Origin: an uncultured virus (IMG/VR IMGVR_UViG_3300047510_001499)
Lineage: Duplodnaviria > Heunggongvirae > Uroviricota > Caudoviricetes
Reading direction: 5' to 3' (one strand)
Virus record (IMG/VR): IMGVR_UViG_3300047510_001499
DNA length: 64,000 bases
The first letter of the stretch is position 1. Every line of letters begins with the position of its first letter. The position numbers and the translations under genes are program-made. Of this stretch, positions 1 through 9,056 are shown one piece after another. The notes below the pieces were generated by a model. That model saw only the letters and a program-made list of their open reading frames with translations. It did not search any database and was not told the DNA's origin.

Positions 1-83
1 TGACTCATACCGACTTCTTTGCACTCCGACCAACCGATTACTCCAAGGCTAACGAGGGTGAAAATTGGGATGATATATTCTAA
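1..83 (+). CDS. nrdB: Ribonucleotide reductase class Ia beta subunit, C-terminal fragment (5'-truncated by window)
   Basis: Frame starting at nt 3 reads THTDFFALRPTDYSKANEGENWDDIF*, the typical R2 tail (DFF..R..DY); lies just upstream of nrdA. Not in the ORF track. Confidence 0.8.
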   Translation, partial: THTDFFALRPTDYSKANEGENWDDIF

Positions 84-92
84 ATAAATTAT

Positions 93-401
93 ATGAAAAC
101 ATTTGATGAACTAATTGAAAACATCACTCAATGGGCTGATGATAAGGGAATCCTATCCCAAGAAAATGCTCCAAAACAATCTATGAAGGTTGTAGAGGAG
201 TTAGGAGAAACGATGGGAGCAATCCTAAAAAGTAAAGATGAAGAAATTAAAGATGGATTGGGTGATACTTTTGTCACTTTGATTATTCTGTCTAAACAAT
301 TAGGATACGAACCATCCGAATGTTTAGAAGCTGCGTGGAATGAAATCAAAGACCGAAAAGGTAAAACTCAAAACGGAATTTTTGTAAAAGAGGAAAACTA
401 A
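93..401 (+). CDS. MazG-like NTP pyrophosphohydrolase
   Basis: KVVEELGE...IKDGLGDTFVTL acidic all-alpha NTP-PPase motif; AWNEIKDRKGK tail. Confidence 0.85.
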   Translation: MKTFDELIENITQWADDKGILSQENAPKQSMKVVEELGETMGAILKSKDEEIKDGLGDTFVTLIILSKQLGYEPSECLEAAWNEIKDRKGKTQNGIFVKEEN

Positions 402-2188
402 TGGCTAAGAATTATGGTGAAGAGCTAGGGTGGGAACTTGGTGTAGATTTCCCAATTTGGGGTAATACTGAAATTTATGTTAAAACAATCTCAAAGGGAT
501 ACTTACTCGCAGGAGAAACCCCAAAAGACGCATATTGGAGGGTATCAACCGCTGTTGCACGCAGGTTGGGTAAACCTCATCTTGCTAGCAAGTTTTTTGA
601 TTATATTTGGCGTGGCTGGCTTAACCTTGCTACTCCTGTACTTTCTAATACTGGCACCGATAGGGGTCTTCCGATATCTTGTTTCGGTATTGATGTCGGT
701 GATTCAATCCAAGAAATTGGTACGAAAAACCTTGAAATGATGCTACTCGCCAAACACGGTGGCGGTGTTGGTATTGGTGTAAATCAGATTAGAGCGGCTG
801 GTAGTAAAATCACCGGAAACGGAACATCTGATGGTGTAGTTCCATTTTGTAAAATCTACGACTCAACGATTCTCGCTACAAGCCAAGGGTCAGTTCGTAG
901 GGGAGCTGCTTCAATCAACCTAAACATTGAACACGGTGATTTTGATGAGTGGATTGAAATTCGTGAACCAAAGGGTGATGTAAACCGCCAGTCTTTGAAC
1001 CTACACCAAGCGGTAATCATCGGTGATAAGTTTATGAGAAAACTTGAAGAGGGTGACGCTGAAGCAAGACGCAAGTGGGGTAAGGTTCTTCAAAAGAGAA
1101 AAGCTACTGGCGAACCTTATATTATGTTTAAGGGTAATGTAAACAAGAACAACCCCGAAGCATACAAACAAAATGGGTTGAAAGTCTTTATGACTAACAT
1201 TTGTTCGGAGATTACACTTCACACGGATGAATCACACTCTTTTGTATGTTGTTTATCATCAGTCAATTTGGCTAAATACGATGAGTGGAAAGACACCGAC
1301 CTTATCTACACCGCAATTTGGTTTTTGGATGGTGTATTGGAAGAATTCATTCAGAGAGCCAAGAATATGAGAGGATTTGAAAATTCTATCCGTTCTGCTG
1401 AAAAGGGCCGTGCTTTAGGACTTGGAGTTCTTGGATGGCATACTTACTTACAACAACGAGGTCTACCATTTGAAGGTCTACAAGGTCAGTTTGAAACTCG
1501 TAGAATTTTTTCTGGCATTCGTATTGAAGCTGAAAGAGCAAGTAGAGATATGGCTGAAGAATATGGTGAACCACTATGGTGTGTTGGTACGGGTATGAGA
1601 AATACTCACTTGATGGCTATCGCTCCGACTGTATCAAACTCAAAATTGAGTGGTAATGTATCTGCTGGAATTGAACCTTGGGCTGCAAATGTATTTACGG
1701 AACAAACCGCTAAAGGAACTTTTATTCGTAGAAACCCTGAATTGGAAAAGGTATTCCGTAAAATTGGTATCAACAATAAAGATACTTGGGATAAAATTTT
1801 ACAAGATGGTGGTTCAGTTCAAGATATTGCTGAATTAGACAATTGGGGATACCTCAATGGTAAGTTAACCAATCGTTCAGATATGACCGAATCTAATTTT
1901 CAAAATAAAGAAATTGATTGGGTAAAGGATGTATTCAAAACATTCAAAGAAATTAACCAATTAGATTTGGTAAAACAAGCTGGAATTCGCCAACAATATG
2001 TGGACCAATCGGTTTCTCTAAATCTGGCGTTTCCATCTCAAGCAACTCCAAAGTGGATTAACCAAGTCCATATGGAAGCTTGGAAGCAGGGAATTAAAAC
2101 CTTGTATTATATGAGAACGGAGTCGGTTCTTCGTGGTGATATCGCTATAAAAGCTACCGACCCTGATTGTTTAAGTTGTGATGGATAG
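401..2188 (+). CDS. nrdA: Ribonucleotide reductase class Ia alpha subunit
   Basis: ISCF, GGGVG, TNICSEI, IAPT, GIKTLYY and C-terminal CLSCDG motifs; continuous ORF. Confidence 0.97.
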   Translation: MAKNYGEELGWELGVDFPIWGNTEIYVKTISKGYLLAGETPKDAYWRVSTAVARRLGKPHLASKFFDYIWRGWLNLATPVLSNTGTDRGLPISCFGIDVGDSIQEIGTKNLEMMLLAKHGGGVGIGVNQIRAAGSKITGNGTSDGVVPFCKIYDSTILATSQGSVRRGAASINLNIEHGDFDEWIEIREPKGDVNRQSLNLHQAVIIGDKFMRKLEEGDAEARRKWGKVLQKRKATGEPYIMFKGNVNKNNPEAYKQNGLKVFMTNICSEITLHTDESHSFVCCLSSVNLAKYDEWKDTDLIYTAIWFLDGVLEEFIQRAKNMRGFENSIRSAEKGRALGLGVLGWHTYLQQRGLPFEGLQGQFETRRIFSGIRIEAERASRDMAEEYGEPLWCVGTGMRNTHLMAIAPTVSNSKLSGNVSAGIEPWAANVFTEQTAKGTFIRRNPELEKVFRKIGINNKDTWDKILQDGGSVQDIAELDNWGYLNGKLTNRSDMTESNFQNKEIDWVKDVFKTFKEINQLDLVKQAGIRQQYVDQSVSLNLAFPSQATPKWINQVHMEAWKQGIKTLYYMRTESVLRGDIAIKATDPDCLSCDG

Positions 2189-2198
2189 AGATATAAAA

Positions 2199-3197
2199 AT
2201 GAAACATAAAGTAGAATATGTTTGGTTAGATGGTTATAAGCCAGAACCAAACCTCCGCTCTAAAACAAAGATTGTAGATGGTGCTGGTGGGTTGAAATTA
2301 GAAGATTTGCCTGAATGGGGATTTGATGGTTCATCAACCCAACAGGCGGAAGGACACTTTTCGGATTGTCTTCTAAAACCTGTAAAGTTGGTGATAGACC
2401 CACAACGAACCAATGGTTGGATTGTATTGTGTGAAGTTCTGAATCCAGATGGAACACCACACCCATCAAATATGAGAGCACACTTGGAAGACCATCCAAA
2501 TAATTGGTATGGGTTTGAGCAAGAATACACTTTTGTAGAAGATGGTAGACCGGTCGGATTCCCCAAAGATGGATACCCTGCACCACAAGGACAATACTAT
2601 TGTGGAGTTGGTGGTGGATTGGTATCTGCAAGAAATGTAGTTGAAGAACACTTGGTTGTGTGTTTAGCTGCAGGATTAGATATTACCGGTATCAACGCTG
2701 AAGTGATGTTGGGGCAATGGGAGTTCCAAGTTATGGGTAAGGGTAATAAGGATGCTTGCGACCAATTGTGGATTGCAAGATACTTTCTACATAGAATTTC
2801 CGAAGACTATGATTTTAAAGTAGAGTTTCATCCAAAACCAATGGTTGGTGATTGGAATGGTTCCGGTCTACATACTAACTTCTCAACCAAAGAAATGAGA
2901 GAAGTAGGTGGTAAAGAACTATTTGATAATATCTTTTCAGCATTTGAAAGAAACCATATCAAGCACATTGCAAACTATGGTTCATCAAACGAAATGAGAT
3001 TGACCGGTAGACACGAAACTCAATCAATTGATAAGTTCAGTTGGGGAGTTTCGGATAGAGGTTCTTCTATCCGAGTTCCACAAGCAACTGCTAAAGAGTG
3101 GATTGGTTACTTGGAAGATAGAAGACCTGCGTCAAACGCTGACCCCTACCGAATCGTAAGGGTTATTGAACAATCTTTGAAAGAGGTAAATTTATGA
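2199..3197 (+). CDS. glnII: Glutamine synthetase type II
   Basis: EYVWLDG, LRSKT, WGFDGSST, GFEQEY, GINAEVMLGQWEFQ, DWNGSGLHTNFST, RLTGRHET, YLEDRRPASN; ATG at 2199 preferred to GTG 2178. Confidence 0.95.
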   Translation: MKHKVEYVWLDGYKPEPNLRSKTKIVDGAGGLKLEDLPEWGFDGSSTQQAEGHFSDCLLKPVKLVIDPQRTNGWIVLCEVLNPDGTPHPSNMRAHLEDHPNNWYGFEQEYTFVEDGRPVGFPKDGYPAPQGQYYCGVGGGLVSARNVVEEHLVVCLAAGLDITGINAEVMLGQWEFQVMGKGNKDACDQLWIARYFLHRISEDYDFKVEFHPKPMVGDWNGSGLHTNFSTKEMREVGGKELFDNIFSAFERNHIKHIANYGSSNEMRLTGRHETQSIDKFSWGVSDRGSSIRVPQATAKEWIGYLEDRRPASNADPYRIVRVIEQSLKEVNL

Positions 3198-3760
3198 TTA
3201 TTATTGATAATTTTATTAAAGACCAAGAGTTTCTAAACAAGATTAGAAACGACAAAACTTTTTTTGATACAAAAGGATATCATTGGTGGGATGGTTGGTG
3301 GAGTTCTCCAGCGGATACTATCAAAAAACAATTGATTGAGTATATTTGGAGAGATAATTGTCCACCGGACCACATCTATGAATTGTATGGGTTTGAGTAT
3401 TGGATTGGAACGTATTCAGCATCCGAAGTTGGTGATGGTAATACTGACAATCTAAATATGCACTTTGATAAAGATGAGTTTTGGTTCAAAGAGACTGGTG
3501 AGTTACGAGTCCCTATTATGGGTACGGTTTTCTATCCGTGGGAACACGATATTGATGGTGGATACCTTGAAGTATTTTCAAAAGAAGGTGAAGAGCCAGA
3601 ACGAATTGCTGCCGTTCCAAATAGGTTGATTATTTTTCCTGCTGGAAAGTATCCACATAAAGTTACTCAAGTGACTCGTGGAACCAGATACGCAATTGCA
3701 ATTAATTTGTGGGATGTTCTACCGTCTGGAGTTTCCAACGGGCAAATGATGTATGAATGA
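3194..3760 (+). CDS. 2OG-Fe(II) oxygenase (prolyl-hydroxylase-like)
   Basis: HFD, GGYL, NRLIIF, H-x-V and R-x-A/S (RYAI) motifs. Confidence 0.8.
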   Translation: MIIIDNFIKDQEFLNKIRNDKTFFDTKGYHWWDGWWSSPADTIKKQLIEYIWRDNCPPDHIYELYGFEYWIGTYSASEVGDGNTDNLNMHFDKDEFWFKETGELRVPIMGTVFYPWEHDIDGGYLEVFSKEGEEPERIAAVPNRLIIFPAGKYPHKVTQVTRGTRYAIAINLWDVLPSGVSNGQMMYE

Positions 3761-3771
3761 TAACATTTAGA

Positions 3772-3975
3772 ATGTCGTTACGAGGAGAATCACACCCACA
3801 ACATAAACTAACGGAAGACCAAGTAAAATCTATTCGTAAGTTGTGGGCTATTGGGCATAGAAACATTCGTGTTCTTGCACGAAACAATGGCGTATCATCC
3901 GCTAACATTCGTAAGATTGTAAAAGGTGAAACTTGGACTCATATTCTTTTTGGTGAATTCAATGACTACCAATGA
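3772..3975 (+). CDS. Small HTH DNA-binding protein
   Basis: GESHPQHKLTEDQVKSIR...LARNNGVS..NIRKIVKGETW, like the HTH tail of phage HNH endonucleases but stand-alone; alternative start 3757. Confidence 0.65.
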   Translation: MSLRGESHPQHKLTEDQVKSIRKLWAIGHRNIRVLARNNGVSSANIRKIVKGETWTHILFGEFNDYQ

Positions 3976-4733
3976 AAGTAGAAGGTAAGATATATTTTGA
4001 CCCATCCAAATTTTCAGTAAGACCTATTGCAAAATCAGTTGCAAAGGACATTATTGTAAACAACCATTATAGTGGTATTTGGACAAAAGTATCTTATGCT
4101 TTAGGGCTTTTTTACAAGTCGGAAACGGAACACCAATTTTTTAGTGGAGTCAACGAAGAGTTGGTCGGAGTTGCTACTTATGGAGACCCCATCGGTAGAC
4201 ATTCCGGCCAATCTATTTCGCCACTACTTGACCGAACTGAAGTCCTTGAACTTACACGACTATTTGTTTTTGATGGCTATGGGTGTAATGTAGAGAGTTG
4301 GTTTGTTAGTCAGACCTTTAAGTGGTTAAGGGAAAACGCCCCACACATTAGAGGGTTGATTTCATACTCTGACCCCAAGGTAGGTCATAAGGGGACGGTT
4401 TATATGTCTACCAATTGGATTTATCAAGGTAATCGTATTAGACCCAACGACTCGTGGTTATTCAAGTGGGAAGAGGGTGGTGAGTGGACACATTCACGAA
4501 CATCATATGTAAAGTTTGGAACCAATAATCCAAAAAAAATCCAAGAGATGACCGCCGCTCCATTTTGGATAAAAAAGGAACTTCGCAAACATCGGTATGT
4601 TTATATTTTGGATAATTCAAAAAAAAGTCGTATATTGAAGAACCTAAAATATCCATCATTACCATATCCAACGGAAAACGAGGAGTTCATAGAAGAAATC
4701 TACAAATTAGACCCAATTGAAAGAGGACAATAA
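3972..4733 (+). CDS. Mom-like GNAT-fold DNA modification protein (paralog 1)
   Basis: NHYS, ELTRLF, N.ESWF, ISYSD...GH.GTVY..TNW.YQG motifs of the Mu Mom family. Confidence 0.8.
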   Translation: MKVEGKIYFDPSKFSVRPIAKSVAKDIIVNNHYSGIWTKVSYALGLFYKSETEHQFFSGVNEELVGVATYGDPIGRHSGQSISPLLDRTEVLELTRLFVFDGYGCNVESWFVSQTFKWLRENAPHIRGLISYSDPKVGHKGTVYMSTNWIYQGNRIRPNDSWLFKWEEGGEWTHSRTSYVKFGTNNPKKIQEMTAAPFWIKKELRKHRYVYILDNSKKSRILKNLKYPSLPYPTENEEFIEEIYKLDPIERGQ

Positions 4734-5511
4734 GACATATGTAGACACTTCACGAGTTACCATTCGTGAAATCAACAAAGCCATCGCAAAGGATATGATT
4801 GTGACCTATCACTATTCCCACGCTTGGACTATGTGTAGATACGCATTGGGTATTTTTTACAAAACCGATGAAAAGGACATTCTTGGAAATGATGAGCAAT
4901 TGATTGGAGTTGCTGTGTATGGATTTCCTGTTGGTAGGTCGGCTGTGACCTCTATCATTGATGGGTTGGGTAATGACCAATGTTTGGAGCTAACACGATT
5001 GTTCATCCACGATGGTTATGGGTCAAATATTGAATCATACGCATTGGGACAAACATTTAAGTGGATGAGGGAACACGCCCCCAACATCAAAATGTTATTG
5101 TCGTATTCAGACCCATTCCAAGGTCATTTGGGTGGTATCTATCGTGCTACCAATTGGTTATTCCAAGACACCAACAAAATCCAATTGATGCCGAACTATG
5201 GTATTTCATTAGAAGGTGAAAATGGAACTTATATTCACTCACGAACTGTATTTTCAAAGTGGGGCTCGCATAATCTTGAACATTTGAAAACTGAAATTGG
5301 TAAGGATGGGTATAAAGAGTTCTGGCGTAGAAAAGAAATGTCTAAACTACGATACATTCAGATTCTACCAACAAACAAAGGTGAGAAGAAGAAACTGATG
5401 AACTCACTTAAACATCCGTGTGAAACTCCACCAAAGGATATCAGCGACATCTTACCAAAGAGTGAACGATACGAAACTTACGAGCCAGAAAATATGGTTA
5501 GTTTTTGGTAG
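4717..5511 (+). CDS. Mom-like GNAT-fold DNA modification protein (paralog 2)
   Basis: YHYSH, ELTRLF, NIESY, LSYSD..QGH.GGIYRATNW; clear paralog of the upstream ORF. Confidence 0.8.
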   Translation: MKEDNKTYVDTSRVTIREINKAIAKDMIVTYHYSHAWTMCRYALGIFYKTDEKDILGNDEQLIGVAVYGFPVGRSAVTSIIDGLGNDQCLELTRLFIHDGYGSNIESYALGQTFKWMREHAPNIKMLLSYSDPFQGHLGGIYRATNWLFQDTNKIQLMPNYGISLEGENGTYIHSRTVFSKWGSHNLEHLKTEIGKDGYKEFWRRKEMSKLRYIQILPTNKGEKKKLMNSLKHPCETPPKDISDILPKSERYETYEPENMVSFW

Positions 5512-5538
5512 ACTTTGACCAAAAAAATACTAAATAAT

Positions 5539-5569
5539 TTTGGCAGTTCAAAAATATTTCGTATATTTG
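5539..5569 (+). promoter_or_regulatory. Bacteroidota-type sigma70 promoter (-33 TTTG / -7 TAnnTTTG)
   Basis: TTTG 5539-5542, 19 nt spacer, TATATTTG 5562-5569; intergenic. Confidence 0.8.
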
Positions 5570-5641
5570 TATAGTAATGATTGAGAAAGTTCTCCGATTC
5601 TCAATTTAGTAAACAGGAGAGTAATTTTAAAAACCCCCACG

Positions 5642-6136
5642 ATGAGTAATTATCACAAGCGAGTTCCCTTCCACTCCCTAAACGAAGGTCAAATTGAATA
5701 TCATCCCATTTTGAGTGGTATTCGGTATCAACAAAACAAAAAAAGTTTTACAACTTACAATGTTAAAAGTAGGTTAGCTGCTGCAATCTACGAGAACAAT
5801 GGTAACTGGGATGTTATGTTATGTCCAGCCGGTGCTAGACCCGATGGTTCAACTAATCATTCTCAAAATCATTCCACGGTAAAGGCTGACGCTCCGTTGT
5901 TACTTCAATATCTTAAAATTAAAGGATTTGACAACAGAAACCGAAATCTTAAATTTAAAGACCTTCCTTTTTCTTTTGAAAAATTTGAAGACGCATTAGC
6001 TTGTTTTCAACTTTATGAAGAAGTGGTTTTAAATACACCACTATTGGATTTGGATAAAGTTAATTTACAATCAAATCCTTGGACAAAACGAGATTTTGAA
6101 AATTTAAAAAATAATCGTATATTTGTTAACCAATAA
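5642..6136 (+). CDS. Hypothetical protein
   Basis: 164 aa ORF directly behind promoter; no recognised motif. Confidence 0.6.
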   Translation: MSNYHKRVPFHSLNEGQIEYHPILSGIRYQQNKKSFTTYNVKSRLAAAIYENNGNWDVMLCPAGARPDGSTNHSQNHSTVKADAPLLLQYLKIKGFDNRNRNLKFKDLPFSFEKFEDALACFQLYEEVVLNTPLLDLDKVNLQSNPWTKRDFENLKNNRIFVNQ

Positions 6137-6139
6137 AAA

Positions 6140-7936
6140 TTGAAAGATATGAGAAGTTTAAAAGAAGCTTTAGTGTGGGTTGGTGAGAACAAAGCAAAGC
6201 CCGCTATTTTCGTTAGAACATTGGGTGTTGTTACATTTCAAATGTGTCGTGAGTTGATTGATAGTGGTGCTCTTGATAATGAGGCTAACCGAGATGAGGA
6301 TTTGGACACTCATAAAAAGTATTGGGGTAAACTTCATCACTTGATTCGCTTCGTAAGCGGTATCTCCGAAAAGGGTCAGTTATTGGTGTCTATCTTAAAG
6401 GACAAAGTGGGTGATGTTGGTTTCATTCGTGATAACGGAACATTGTTTTCCTTGTTGTTTGGTAAATACTACGATAGTAGTGTTCTAACAGGTAATGAAT
6501 GGTTAATGATGTGTGAGGACATTATTAAAGATTATGACATCACGAATGAGGATGATAAGTGTGTAATCAATATGATTACTGACTATTTCAACAAGAAGAC
6601 ACCACAGGAACTTGATATTAAGTATTCTTTAAAACATTTGATAGATGGCTCTGATGAGTTTCGTGAATTCTTTGACAATAGTCAAATTGCATTTGTTGTT
6701 AATTTACACACTGTAAAACAATTTGAGAAGGATATGATTAATTGTAACCGACAACCAAATCCGTGGTTGGCTTACAACTACTATATGACTCCTTTGAAAC
6801 GAACGGATGAGTACAAAACTTATTTTTGTGGTGACCAACTTTTAGAATATTTTACTAATAAGGTAGGTGCTGATGAATTTACACGAGGTGGGTTGATGTC
6901 GGGTCATAAAGGATATGCCGAGAAACACAAAGTAGCAAAGATGATACCAATCCTTCAGGCGTACATTGGTTCTCACTATTGTGATACCATTGATGAGTTT
7001 AAAAAGTTTAACGATATGGTCGTTAGTTTTGAAAACGGAACAACCGATGGTAAGGAAACCGAATACTGGCAATCTATGTTTAAGCGTGTCATTTCGGAAG
7101 TAAGTTATGGTGAGTTGACCAAGTGGTACGAAAGTACATATGTGAAGGTGTTTGAATCGGATGATTGGAAGACAATCACCACTACCATTAACAAGATTGT
7201 AACCAACAATCTAAATGGGAAGCGAATAACGGCTATGGAAGACCTTCACATTAAAAAGTATCATACAGGAATTTTGTTATTCACCTTTGTTTTACACTTC
7301 AAACGAACCAAGAAGTCAGTTGGGATATCAAAGTTAACATCCAAAGTAGTCAATGAGTATTGTAAACTGTTGAATGGTAATGTTGACCACGAAGGTAATC
7401 AAATTAGTGTATGGGAGTATTTTGGAACACAATCTTCGGTTTACTCATCAACGAGTGCCAATGTTAGATTTGAAAAGTTGTTCAAATATGTTTTTAAGAA
7501 TGTTGAATCTAACTTGAAAGCTGGCTCTAAAGACCGTGACCATCAATCCGAATATCGTGAGCAGTCACTAAAACGAATTTCAACCTTCCTTGAGTCCGAG
7601 GGAATGCCTCAACGACTGAAACTATACCCACTATCTACCGATGTGTTGAGTGTTGTAAACTTCAAGACTGGCGAGGGTGTCCAATGGTTACATAAATCAC
7701 CCAACTCAACCGGGGGTGATGCTAAAGATGGGTTTTTGGGTATGACTGATGATAACCTAACGGGTAATCAAAAATACAAGAATTGGAATTGTACACCAAA
7801 CGAGTATTGGGAGATGTTGGTTGAACATAATGAGAAGATGTCTGGCAATTTGAGTCCAATTGAAAAACGGATTGTCGCTTCATCAATTAATACAATTTAC
7901 CAAATCCTTGAAACGGGTTTAAATTTTGGAGCATAA
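6140..7936 (+). CDS. Large hypothetical protein, possibly ParB/GmrSD-like with degenerate C-terminal HNH
   Basis: 598 aa ORF; LHKSPNSTGG...DNL near C-terminus resembles the HNH H..P.S.GG..N core; family call tentative. Confidence 0.35.
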   Translation: MKDMRSLKEALVWVGENKAKPAIFVRTLGVVTFQMCRELIDSGALDNEANRDEDLDTHKKYWGKLHHLIRFVSGISEKGQLLVSILKDKVGDVGFIRDNGTLFSLLFGKYYDSSVLTGNEWLMMCEDIIKDYDITNEDDKCVINMITDYFNKKTPQELDIKYSLKHLIDGSDEFREFFDNSQIAFVVNLHTVKQFEKDMINCNRQPNPWLAYNYYMTPLKRTDEYKTYFCGDQLLEYFTNKVGADEFTRGGLMSGHKGYAEKHKVAKMIPILQAYIGSHYCDTIDEFKKFNDMVVSFENGTTDGKETEYWQSMFKRVISEVSYGELTKWYESTYVKVFESDDWKTITTTINKIVTNNLNGKRITAMEDLHIKKYHTGILLFTFVLHFKRTKKSVGISKLTSKVVNEYCKLLNGNVDHEGNQISVWEYFGTQSSVYSSTSANVRFEKLFKYVFKNVESNLKAGSKDRDHQSEYREQSLKRISTFLESEGMPQRLKLYPLSTDVLSVVNFKTGEGVQWLHKSPNSTGGDAKDGFLGMTDDNLTGNQKYKNWNCTPNEYWEMLVEHNEKMSGNLSPIEKRIVASSINTIYQILETGLNFGA

Positions 7937-7937
7937 T

Positions 7938-9056
7938 ATGAGAGTTTTAGTTATACCAAATTACACCAACTTTGGGGCTGTTAAAGACATCAATAGGGAT
8001 TCGTTCCTATTGGTGTTCAAGTCCTTTTTAGATAATACGCAAATTGGTAAAGAGTGGGAGTGGATTCTACCTTATCCTGATTTAGATAATCATCCTGGTA
8101 TCATCAACGCATTTGAATACCCGAATGTTCAGTTGGTAAAAATGGATGGATTGGATTCATTTCCACCCAAAATGAGGGTAGATTATCCTCACAAGTTTTT
8201 CAATAGAATCATTGAAAAATACAAAGGTGAATTCAATTTGATTTGGAGTCATTTGCCTGAATGGACTAATGAGTTTAAAGTAACTCGTATCTATAATAAA
8301 ACTCAACCTATTATTGGATATTGTCATTGGTGGGAAATCAAAGATAATGGTGCAAGAGATGATAATTCATTTTGGCGTAATGTCAAGGGTATGTTAGAAA
8401 TGAAAGTGTGTGGTGTAAACTCACAATGGGTAAAAGATTTAGTAATCAAACGAGCATCTGAATCATTTCAACCACATATCATTGAGCAATTAGAACAAAT
8501 TATTCAACCTTGGTATCTTGGATGTGATTCCGCAACTCCAACATCTACATACGAACCTAAAACTATTTTGTATAATCATAGATGGGGTGTGTATACGGGT
8601 TCGGAATTCTTTTTTGAGGTAATGGATGAATTATGGAAAACTCGTAAAGATTTCCAAGTGTGGACTACCTTAAAAGAAATGGGTAAACCATATACCAAAT
8701 ATATTGGTCACGCTGATAGAGATGTATATATGAATCAAATGTCAAAAGCACATTTTGGTGTAGGTACGTTCCAAGGATATTCCGCTTGGTCTATGTCAGC
8801 AACTGATGGTTTATCTCGTGGAGTTCCATATTTACTACCAAATGATTTTTGTTATCCTGAAATGGTAGGCACTGATTACCCTTTACTTTATAATGGTAAA
8901 GAAGAATTTAAACAAATGGTTGTAAAACTATTGGATGGTGATATTGAACGACCTGATGTAACTCATATTGCAGAATCCTTGCTTTGGGAACACCAACTAA
9001 AAAGTTGGAATGTAGAAGAAAACTTTGTTAATACCGCACGAAAAGATTTTAATTAA
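7938..9056 (+). CDS. GT-B glycosyltransferase (GT4-like), candidate DNA glycosyltransferase
   Basis: ILYNHR, WSMSATDGLSRGVP...YPEMV C-terminal GT-B motif; stop overlaps polymerase start (TAATG). Confidence 0.7.
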   Translation: MRVLVIPNYTNFGAVKDINRDSFLLVFKSFLDNTQIGKEWEWILPYPDLDNHPGIINAFEYPNVQLVKMDGLDSFPPKMRVDYPHKFFNRIIEKYKGEFNLIWSHLPEWTNEFKVTRIYNKTQPIIGYCHWWEIKDNGARDDNSFWRNVKGMLEMKVCGVNSQWVKDLVIKRASESFQPHIIEQLEQIIQPWYLGCDSATPTSTYEPKTILYNHRWGVYTGSEFFFEVMDELWKTRKDFQVWTTLKEMGKPYTKYIGHADRDVYMNQMSKAHFGVGTFQGYSAWSMSATDGLSRGVPYLLPNDFCYPEMVGTDYPLLYNGKEEFKQMVVKLLDGDIERPDVTHIAESLLWEHQLKSWNVEENFVNTARKDFN

